From Eledone cirrhosa (taxonomy: Eukaryota), in contig OZ024750.1 in NCBI GenBank assembly GCA_964016885.1, forward strand, positions 12,648,001 to 12,712,000: a stretch of 64,000 bases of DNA, read 5' to 3'. The translations under genes and the position numbers were made by a program. The notes under the pieces are model-generated. The model worked only from the letters and a program-made list of their open reading frames with translations, did not search any database and was not told the DNA's origin. Shown piece by piece: positions 46,201 through 58,554 of this stretch (positions within the stretch are counted from its first letter, which is position 1; each line of letters begins with the position of its first letter).

Positions 46201-49200
46201 TATCCTGTAAGATGGTAGTGCTGGTGCCACAACAAAAAGTACCGAGTCCAACCTGTAAGATTGTAGTGCTGGTGCCACAACAAAAAGTACCCAATCCACC
46301 CTGTAAGATGGTAGTGCTGGTGCCACAACAAAAAGTACCGAGTCCAACCTGTAAGGTGGTGGTTGTACTGACCATTCTCCATTGCAATTGCCTTTGACAT
46401 TCTGTCTGTGGGGCACAGTCGAATAACCACTCAGACTGGGGTGTAGAGTCTGTCCCCCCCTTTCGTTTGTTGCTTCATTCTCTTTTTTCTTTTACTTCTT
46501 TTGCTTACCTTTTTTTTTTCGTTTCATTTAAATATCTTTTAATTGTAAATATTATTGTATTATAATTACTATCAATAAAACTTCATTTGGAAAGAGGTAA
46601 TACTTACTTGAAAACTTGCACTTCAATTCAATATTTGTAGCTCCTTCATTTACATCAAGGTTTATAAGGGGGGTGTCAACTTGTGGTTTTTTGGGAGGTG
46701 GTTGAGGTGTTGGCTTAAAATCTTCTACAAATAATAATAATAATAATTTATGTGATTATATTCCATAATTAGGTAAGTTGTATATAATCGAGCACTGATT
46801 ATCATTCTGTTGTAAATATAATTTTAATCAGATAATATGTGCATGTATGTATAAAGTAAATAATTGTTTCTACTTTTTGGCACAAGGCCAGCAACTACTC
46901 CAGCGCATTACTGGTACTTTATTTTATCGACCCCTAAGGATGAAAGGCAAAGTTAACCTCGGTGGGATTTGAACTCAGAACGTAAAGGGGAATAACTATG
47001 TTGTAAAGCATGGTGTCTGACCCTCTACCGATACAGGCCAATCCACCGCCCTTGTATGTATAAAGTAAATAATTGTTTCTCCTTTTTGGCACAAGGCCAG
47101 CAATTACCCAGTACATTACTGGTACTTTATTTTATCGACCCTGTAAGGATGAAATGCAAAGTTAACCTCGGCGGGATTCGAACTCAGATCGTTAAGGGAT
47201 GTAACTATGCTGGAAAGCATGGTGTCTGACCCTCTACCGATACTGCCAATCCACCTTACTATGTATAAAGTAAATAATACACTTGTAACTGTGTAAAATG
47301 TGTAACAAACAATCTGGTGTGTTTATTTTGTGGTTTATCAATATATACATTGAGTTTCTCTATCCTAGGTGTCAGGAAGACACTCAGCAAGAAATGGAAA
47401 CAAAACTGAAGGAATAAGAGAAACACAAATAATAACAATAACAGAATGCTGAAAGATACAAACCAATAGCATGGGAGATAAAACATTTGTAGGGAAATGA
47501 AAAAGTTTGAGGCAATCCCAGTTCTAATCGGTGTGCTTGGTACTGTAAGCATCAGAATTGAAAGCTATTTAAAAAATTGGGGCCATCATCAGCGTGGGGA
47601 CTTTACAGAAAACAACACACACCTTGGAACTGCTAGGATACTTAGAAAAGTGCCCGACAATTGAAGGTGGTGCCACCTCAGTCCACTGGTTGCAGACTGA
47701 AGTAACTCCAGAATTACATCAACATCAACAAATGGTGTGTGACAATAATAATAATAATTTCTTTTTTTATTTTTGTATTTATTCATTGTCAATAATAATA
47801 ATTGTTTCTACTTTAGGCACAAGGCCAGCAATTACCCAGTGCATTACTGGTACTTTATTTTATCGACCCCGTAAGGATGAAAGGCAAAGTCAACCTCAGC
47901 GGGATTTGAACTCAGATCATAAAGGGACGTAACTATGCTGCAATGCATGGCGTCAGACCCTTTACCGATACTGCCAATCCACAGCCCAATAATAATAATA
48001 ATAAGAGTAATAATATTTTAATGAAAGACAATAATTCCTCAATGCAGTTTAATTTGATATTTTTACAACTTTGTACAAGAGTATACAATCATAAAATTAT
48101 CTAAATATACTTATGTAACAAGACAATACACAATCTGTAAGCTATCAGGTTGGCACTGGCATTTTGCTGGCCTTGTGCCTAAAAGTAGAAACAATTATTA
48201 TATTAAAATAAGTTCAACATGTTTTAAGTAATATCTTGGGTAAGAAGTGTTAACTATTTTTAACAACTGAAGCCCTAAAGAATCTAACATAATATTAAAT
48301 AAAGACTAGATAAGTATTAAATATTACAGAAAAATATGATGGAAGCAAACCTTAACACCTTGTCAACAAACATCACATCAGTGATAATAACAGGAACAAA
48401 AATCTATATAGAAATAAATGAATCTATGAGGTGCACTGTAAGACTTTACTTTATGTCCTCTCCATTACGAAGAAGAATTATTTATATATATATATCATCA
48501 TCAACGTTTAACGTCCGTGTTCCACGCTTGCATGGGTTTGGACGGGGGTAGTCCCACTTGAGGCAAGAGTGATTGTCTTGCTCGCATAGGACTGTCTGGC
48601 AGGCTTTCTACAGTTGGATGCCCTTCCTAACACCAACCACATTTACAGTGTGGGTCTGGGAGGTTTTTACCGTGTTGCCTACACGGCCACATTACAGCGT
48701 GGACTGTGTGTTTTTTTGTCGTGACACCTACACGATCTCATTTGTTTCGGCCTGGATGGCGCGGCACCAACACAACTTTACATAGAACGGGGTGGCGTGG
48801 ATGGGGGGGGGGGTATTTTGTTAGAGATGCCTACTGGCTGTAGTAGGTTTTACTATGTATATATATGTAGAACACTGGAAGGTAATATCCATAGTGGTAG
48901 AGCACTCAGTCCAAGGGATGAGTTAGGTAGAAGTGGTAACACAACAGTTAGTTCACCATACTGAGAAAAATTATTTCACCTTCGCGGATCCTCAGCTCGT
49001 ACTGGATAACCAGTATGAGCTGAGGATCCGCTAAAGTGAAACAATTGTTCTCGGTATGGTGAACTAACTGTTGTGTTACTACTTCTATATATATATATAT
49101 CTATATATTTGTATGTTGATTTAAAACTGCACTATCCACAAGTGTTTTTTTAGCCTTCATATCATGTCCTCCTGTTTTATCTGATGAAAACACAAATATT

Positions 49201-49438
49201 ATTGCATGATGATGTTTGTTTTTGAAATGCGCATAATAAAATACATGGAACTCCTTTAACCATCTTTTGTTCTTATATATTATATCTATATATATATATA
49301 TATATATATATATCATCATCATCAGCGTTTAACGTCCATCTTCCACGGGTTTGGACGGGAATTTTCCCACTTGAGGCAAGATTGGTTGTCTTGCTCGTAT
49401 AGGACTGTCTGGCGGGTTTTCTACGGCTGGATGCCCTT

Positions 49439-49494
<56 letters not shown>

Positions 49495-52360
49495 TATATG
49501 GTAGTGAATTGGCAGAGTTATTAAAATGTTAGATAGAATGCTTTGTAGTATTTGTTCCAGCTCTCTGCCCTCTTAGTTCAAATCCCACTGAGGTCAACGT
49601 TGCCGTTCATCCTTTCGAGGTTGATATAAAAAAGTACCAGTCTTGTACTGAGGTCGATTCTTCCGCTATATCTTCTTTCTCATTTCCTCTCTGTCACTTT
49701 CTATCCTTCTCTGGAAGAAATCTGCTCTACTTAGGATTCAGGCCTGGAGAGAGATGGGCTCTGCCAGGTTTAAATTGCTCAAGAAATGCTGTATGCCACA
49801 ACAGTGCCCCTACGACTCCATCAGGAGTTACGAGATCATACCGTAACATACCACCACAGGATTTATAGTTGACAAAAACAATAAAAGAATATGTCTTGTT
49901 TAATAATATAAAGAGAATTTATGCTATATTAGTTTTCATTTTAAACATCATCATCATCATCATCACCACCACTTTACATCTATTTACTATACTTGCATAT
50001 GTTTGTTCAGGTTGTCACACTGAGATTAGACAGGTCAGATGCCTCTGATTCACTCATGCTTTCCATTCTGACATAGTTTCTTTGGTTGGATGCCCTTCTT
50101 AATGCCAACCACCACTTCCACATGGCAAGGTGAACTGGGTGCTTTTTATTATGGCATAAACACTAACACTTCATAGTGTAGTCTGAGTATACTTTGTCGG
50201 ACGCCATGCTTTCCAACATAGTTACGTCCCTTTACAGACTGAGTTCAAATCCCGCCGAGGTTAACTTTGCCTTTCATCCTTATGGGGTCGATAAAATAAA
50301 GTACCAGTAATGTACTGGGTAATTGCTGGCCTTGTGCCAAAGGTAGAAACAATTATAAAAGCAGCACTACCATTTTTCTTTTTCAACACTAGAGTACGTA
50401 TTGTGTCCTTGGCCAAGCTGTGAAAGGTAGTGGTAGGAGTGGGGAGGTTGAAATCGAAGGGGAGGGGGCTACATGTTTGTAGCTGAGGGAGGGAGGGAGG
50501 GGAATGAAAGGGAGAGGTGGCTTTAAATAGCAATGTCTAGAAGTATATTGTAAAGTGCACCTGCTTGTCTCTGCTATAACAAGGTTGGATGAAGAAGTTG
50601 GCAGGTGGGAGCAGATTAAGTGTTGGGTCATGGAAGTGGTCTTATAAAGAGTGAATAAGCAACCAACATCTGGCAAATAGACTGTGGAGGTGTATCCATC
50701 TTTCTATACTGGCATTGGTTGAATGAGGAAGGAGGAATCTGGAATATGAAGGGGGGGGGCAGATAAAGGTGGTGGAGAGGGAGAGATCAAGTGTGAGGGG
50801 GGGGGGGTGACTGGGGGGGGGGTAGTGAGGTAGAGGGAGTTGAAAGAGAACATATTGGCAGGGGGAGGGACCTAAATGTCATTACTCTTCTCTGCTCCCT
50901 GCCACCACCATCTCCTCCATGCTTCATTTCATCTTGTTTATGTCAGAAAGCAAGTTCTCTGTAGTAGAGCATAACACCACACAATCTTGTGTTATCTCCT
51001 TTGAAAGGTTCAACTGAACAAGTTCAGTTTTAACCACATCATCACAACTTTCCCTTGGTTTTCCTCTTCCACAGTTTCTACCAACCTTCAGTGCTCTACA
51101 CTTCTTTATATAGCTATCAACTTTTGTACACATCCCATGTGGAGGTGCATGGCCGGTCTAGTGGTAAGAGTTTTGGACTTATGATTGTAATGTCATGGGT
51201 TTGATTCCTAGACTGAGTTGTGTTCTGTTCTTGTTTCATGTTGATCCAGTATACTAAGCTAAAAATGATTACCAACAATAGCTGGGGTTTAACATATCTA
51301 TTGGCAGATTCTTGCCTCATTTCTCTCCTCCACCCCCAATCCACTGCATTCAAGGTCCAAGTCTCACTTCCATGCAGCATTACAGTTCTCTCAGTCATCA
51401 TGCCATCTGCTTTTCATCCTAAAAAGAACCTTTTGTAGACAGTAGAGATAGTAGCTCGCTAAACTGTTTCCACCCAGTTCTCACTGTACCTGTTGTACTC
51501 ACAGAACATGCACTCAAACTTCTAATTAGGTCCCCAGGGTAACAGAAGATATCAACTACTTCTAGAGAGACATTTCTGCATTTGATAACATCTATTTCAT
51601 GGGAGGGTTTGCTGCTTGCTGCTTACTGCACCTGTGCATCTGCCACATACATAGTCCACATTCCTTGTTATCCTGCCCAAGATCCCACTACATCTATTGT
51701 GTACCCACAGTTTACATTTTGTACACTGTATGATATTTCTACCTGGTCTTTTTTTTTTACATAATGAGCATGACCATTTCCATGATGGAATCAGGGTCCT
51801 GACATATTTCCTACTTACTTCAATTTTAATCTTGGCTAAGTTAACATTGAAGCCTTTAAATTCTAGACTTTACTTCCAAGTCTGAAATTTCTTCTGGAAT
51901 TCCTCAACACATACAGCTTTGAGAACTAGGTCATCTGTATGCAGGAGTTCCCATGGGCAGGCAGTCTTAAACTCCTCCGGAAATGGGATTGAAAACAGTG
52001 TTAGTGGAACCCCCCCCCCCCACACACACACACACACACCTACACACTAAATTCCTCACTATACTCATTGTTAATTCTAAGTTACCTAAGAGCCCACAAG
52101 ATTCTGAAGTGAGGTACCCCATCATAGGATTTTTCCAGGTCAATAAATACCATGCGAGGCGGCGCTAGTTCTTAGCTAAGTATTTCTGCAACAGCTGTCT
52201 CACAAACAGGTTTATATCATTTTTGTATTATTCTACATTCCAATCTCATGATTCATAATGATTATCAGTAAAATCTATCACCTATCTTTATATCAACATA
52301 CAGATATCTAACCAGACAAATATTTCCAGAAATAAAAATATTCAATGAGAAACATAAGAT

Positions 52361-52418
<58 letters not shown>

Positions 52419-53239
52419 TATATATATATATATACAAACATTCATATACATTATAATTAACACAATATTATTCTTTCATATACACACACATATACACAAA
52501 CATACACATATAAACATATATACACAAACATAAAAACATACACATTATAATCACATTATTATTCACACACACACACACACACTCCCACATATATCAGAGT
52601 TTCTAATTATTTAATTACTATGACATAATTAATCTTCATAAGATAAAGTCTGGCTTCATGCTGGGGAGAAGTACTTCTACTTTTTTAATCAATTAAGAAG
52701 ATCTTAGACCTCATTTCAATGTTTCCATTGGTCTTTCGTTGCTGATATTATCTACTGGTCACAAATTCTGGTGGAAAACATGTGAAATAAAGTGTCTTGC
52801 TGAAGGATATAAGGCATCGCCCAGTCCGGAAATTGAACTCACAACCATGAGGCTGCAAGTTCAATTCTCTCACCACTAAGCCATGCACCTTCATTACTGA
52901 CACCATATTCTTAGTAAGACAACTGTGAAAGTAACTAGCTAAAAATACTTTCATCATCATCATCGTTTAATGTCTATCTTCCACGCTAGCATGGGTTTAG
53001 ACGGGAATTGTCCCACCTGCGGCAAGATTGGTCGTCTCGTTCGTATGGGACTGTCTGGCAGGTTTTCTACGGCTGGATGCCCTTCCTAACACCAACCACG
53101 TTTACAGTGTGGACTGGGAGGTATTTACCGTGTTACCTACACGGCCACATTACAGCGTGGACTGTGTGTTTTTTTGTCATAACACCTACACGACCTCATT
53201 TATTTAGGACTGGATGTTGTGGTACCAACATAACTTTAC

Positions 53240-53277
<38 letters not shown>

Positions 53278-53776
53278 GTATATATTTATTTATTAAAATA
53301 ACAGAATCGCTGCTTTCACCCTTAACAGGATCTTCTGAAACTGTGTATGTTTGTGTATATGAAAGAGAATAATATTGTGTTAATTATAATGTATATGTAT
53401 GTTTGTGTATATATATATGAGTTTCACAAGATCCCGTTAAGGGTGAAACATTTATTATTATTATTACTATATCATCATCATCATCATCGTTTACCGTCCA
53501 TATTCCACGCTTGCATGGGTTTGGACGTGAGTTTTCCCACTTGAGGCAAGAGTGGTTGTCTTGCTCGCATAGGACTGTCTATATATATATATATAGATGA
53601 GATTCTACAGGACTAGAACTGTTTCATTCTTTAGAAATCATCAGGATTCCTGATGATTTCTAAAGAATGAAACAGTTCTAGTCCTGTAGAATCTCATCTA
53701 TATTAAATCTTTTATACTCTGCTATGTATTGAGTACCTTACTTACTGTGGTTACCTCCGATTCAACCCGGAATAAC

Positions 53777-53835
<59 letters not shown>

Positions 53836-55097
53836 GATAAATCTACCAAGAGTTTACGGTAGTGTCCAATCCGTATGAAGAACTCAATGTAATCCGGATA
53901 TCATGGAAAGAAGAGATGCAATGAAAAATCACTTTCGGTGAAAGATAAACGGAATACAGAGTCAAGATAAAATATTAAAAAAATAATGAATAAAACAATG
54001 AAACAGTTCCTTATATTAAACAAAAAAAGTTCATTATTTAACGATCGTTTCTAGGATATATATGTGTTAGAATTGGCATGCATATTCAACAGATCTATGT
54101 ACAAAATTATACAAAATTATACAAACTATCAAAATTAAATATACATACCAAACACATATATATGCCGTCTTCAGAAATAATCATTATTTCTGAAGACGGC
54201 ATATATATGTGTTTGGTATGTATATTTAATTTTGATAGTTTGTATAATTTTGTACATAGATCTGTTGAATATGCATGCCAATTCTAACACATATATATCC
54301 TAGAAACGATCGTTAAATAATGAACTTTTTTTGTTTAATATAAGGAACTGTTTCATTGTTTTATTCATTATTTTTTTAATATTTTATATATATATATATA
54401 TATAGATAGGAGAGTCTGGGCCTCTGGAGATAGTAAGATGTAAATATATTAGTGTCAGGTATATTAGAGTATCAAGTACTCTGCTGAATAATGGTCTTAC
54501 TAGTTTAAAAGATCCAGAGAGAGAGAGAGCAAAAAAGACAAACATAGATACATTTAAACAAAGCCTTATTAGTTTTACGTTTGTTGGAAAAGAATAAGGA
54601 ATGATTCAATATAACGGATGTTAGTCCATCAGAAAAAGAGTAAAGTTAGGAGAAAAAGGAGGTTGGAAGGTTGAAGAAGAAAAAAAAGGTGTTCATTAGG
54701 ATGCGCGAGGTAGGTGAGTACATATACTTATACAAACAAAATATTTATATTTTCACATAACATAAATCTTCTGAATATGAAGATTTTAAAATAGGAAAAT
54801 ATATTTTTAACAAGGAACAAATGACAGTAATATTTAATTTAAAACAAATAAATTAACAAGAAACCATACAGCTGCTATAAATCATGACATTATATTGGAA
54901 ACACACAGGTATTGGAGGAACTAAAAGCAACACACAGACAATAATATTCAATAATCAATATATTAATCACAAATATCTACAGTTCTATAACAGCAACAAT
55001 TCTATTAGCATAATTATTTTCACTAATTTATTGTGTAGGTGTGTTATATATAATTCTCTATATACTTTTGAGTTTTGTATATTTAGTTTTACCTTTG

Positions 55098-55177
<80 letters not shown>

Positions 55178-55303
55178 TGGAAAAATTTGAACAGGGACAA
55201 AACAGAGAGGCAGTACAACAAATGTTTATTAATTTCACGCTCTGGAGAGTGGGGTGTTGGTGGGGGACGACGTTTCGGGCATAAGCCCTTCCTCAGGTGG
55301 GAA

Positions 55304-55361
<58 letters not shown>

Positions 55362-57543
55362 AAATAGTCAGGACCCCGACGGCTGAGCTCTGGCCATTTC
55401 GACAGCAAGATCAGATCTAGTTCGGATCTAGCTGTTGAAATGGAGCTCAGCCGTCGGGGTCCTGACTCTTTTCCTATTACCCACTCTACTACCCTAAGTA
55501 TCAAGTACTGTGGTATGTTATGGTCCACCTGGTTCTTTACCACACTTTCTTTGTTATATATATATATATATATATATATAACAAAGAGAGAGAGGGTGTG
55601 TGTTTGTGTCTGTGTGTGTGTGTGTTTTGCTAAGCCAGGAAAGACTAAAAGTAATACTTGAAGCATAATGGGATGCCAGTTTGGTATATATAGGAAGACA
55701 TTCCTCATCTGAGTTTCACTACAATTCACATATTCTGGTTTATGTGTAACAGATCATATGAAACACAATAGCATCAGCCTCTAAGCAATATCTGTGTTAG
55801 CAATGAAGAATGGTTAACATATCTGTATATATATGGGTTAACATATCTGTATATAATAATAATAATGAAATTATTGTGTACAATGCTCAGATGCACGTAT
55901 ATTACATAGAATAATGTACAAATGTCAGGAAAATTAACAGTGTACGAGTCATGAAATACATGTGTGCGTGTGTATGGAGGGGGGACATCAGGTGTAGTGT
56001 TTGCGAATCTTGGGAAGCATGGAGGTTTTAAAGGATGCCGTGTCCTGACAGCTAACAACTGATGCAGGTAGTTTGTTCCATGCTTCAGCAACTCTGAGTG
56101 TGAAAAAATGTTTCTGATATGGGTTAACACATCTGTATATGCATGGGTATAATTTCAGTTTTAAACCATTAGCATTTAAACTGGCCATATCCGGCCAGAA
56201 TATTCTCACCTCTTTCTGTTCAAACTTGTAACTGGCTACTCATACTGATATTAAGGTATTGTTCTCAAAATAAATAATATCAAAATCTTATAGATTCGAT
56301 ATTATGAGAAGTAAAGCCTTTACCATGAAAATACAATAGTAAATAGAGAGTAATGTGAATGCTAAAGGGTTAAGTAAACAAAATTATTTGCTTTAATAAA
56401 ACAGTTTTTATTCTAAATTTAAAGCAACATTAGCTCATTAGTATGCAAAAAAAACAACAACTAAATATTAGAAAAATTCTAACAAATTAATATAAACAAA
56501 CTATTTCTGTTGAGATGTATGCAATTTAATTTAAAAGACAAGGTTCAACAACAAAACAAAGAACAACACAAAACTTAAAGATCACAACCAGCACTTACTT
56601 CTAAGACAATTATGCTAATCATTCCATGGTATTGGTTCAACTATTTTTTTCTGAAATATTATATATAACATTTGACAACAGGTTCCATGCATTCACATTT
56701 TATATTTAGCTCACTTATTTAAATAATCCATGAACAGGGCATGGCTATTTCACAATATTTAGCTCACTTATTTAAATAATCCATGAACAGAGCATGGCTA
56801 TTTCACAATATTTAGCTCACTTATTTAAATAATCCATGAACAGGGCATGGCTATTTCACAATATTTATCTCACTTATTTAAATAATCCATGACTATTTCA
56901 CCACATTATATATAATTAGCCCACTCTCTGACATAATCCCCGAACAGAATGTGGATATTTCACAACATTTTAAATAATAAAAACATATGAATTGATCTCA
57001 ATGGTGCTTAAACTGATTGTTTTTCCTTATTTTATAGAAAGGTCAGTTATAGAATTGCAAACCATTTAATTACACGTCATATGCTATTTGGCATGCTACC
57101 ATAAAATCAATTCTCCAGCAAACTCGGGCTTAAAGCCAAGTTTTTAAAAAGAAAAGGGGTAAATCATACTGCCAATGATTAGATATCAATTCTTTATCCA
57201 TAGAGAAAAATTGCCAATATATAACTATATAATTATTGCAACTCTGAGAATATTCAGTTTATTGAATTAAATATGTGATAAATCCTATTGGAAATATAAA
57301 AATATATTAAATTATACAGAGCAATAAAATAGATATATTATCATACTAATTGCTCAAAAGTTAGCAACATTGAAATTTATTGTCAAAACAGGAAAATATT
57401 TACTATCTTAATAAATACACAACAGATAACATATTGGAACAACTGTAAAATAAACATACCTCATATTTACATGATTGTTTTGTAATTTGTAATATGAGTT
57501 AGCTAGAACTAATAGAGTTATATATATAGAGAGAGAGTGAGTT

Positions 57544-57582
<39 letters not shown>

Positions 57583-58519
57583 TATATAAACAGAAATAAC
57601 ATACCCAACAACACAGTACAATGAAGAAATATATTAGTTTTATGCTTGATATGGTAGGAAAAGAGTCTTAATGTTTCTGACATGAGATACATATGTCATC
57701 ATATACACACACAGCTTCATACACACAACCTCATATACATACACATATACTCATGCATGAGTGCGTGTATGTGTGCATGTGCATCTATGGATGTGAAAAA
57801 AAAGCAGTCTACGCAAAAATTTGTCTCGGTTCAAAAAGCTGCATCTTATCAATCTAACAAATATATGTCAATAAAATAAGTCTTCTGCTTCTTGCCGAAG
57901 GAGACTGGAGTCATCCTAGGTCAATAAAATAAGTGCCAGGTTAAAATATGTACTGGGGTCAATGTGACCAGACTAAATCATTAAAAGCAATGTCACAGCA
58001 AGGCTAATAAACCTGACTAAAAAACAGTAAAATATTAAAAGAGTATCTTAAATACATGCTTTTTTCACATACATCAAATTATGTCATTAAATAATAAATC
58101 ATATTCTAGCTCAAACGTTTATCGTAACATATTGAAAGTAAACATTGGGAAAAATAGAATGTCTAAAAATTATGAGTAAGGTTCAAAAGTAGAGTGAAAC
58201 GGAGGAGTGTCAAAAATGATCTTATGGAATAAGGTTAGAATGTGTGTATATATATTTATATATTCATGAATACATATATATATATATAAATATATACATA
58301 TATAAATATTGGAATAAATGCTCTGAAATAGCGATATATATGTGAATATAGACATAGAATATTCGAAAATATTCTGTATGTTTATAATAAACATTTTGAA
58401 GACCTAATCGCTATAGCGATTAGGTCTTCAAAATGTTTATTATAAACATACAGAATATTTTCGAATATTCTATGTCTATATTCACATATATAAATATATA
58501 TGAATACATAAATATATAC

Positions 58520-58554
<35 letters not shown>

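Noticed and set aside
45428-46430. Repetitive 16-aa ORFs on both strands; superficially CRISPR-like or a repeat protein
   Set aside because: Tandem 48-bp minisatellite with no unique spacers, in a eukaryotic intron, with no cas genes and no supporting splice sites.
46860-47990. B-box-like GTTCAAATCC/GTTCGAATCC motifs as tRNA genes
   Set aside because: They are heads of multi-copy SINEs, and no complete cloverleaf is evident.
48350-48405. Possible small minus-strand exon ([15 protein letters not shown])
   Set aside because: It has a stop in phase 1, the phase required by the flanking exons, and no domain similarity.
50400-50860. Possible decayed PLE GIY-YIG remnant ([13 protein letters not shown])
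   Set aside because: Too degenerate to support without a profile search.
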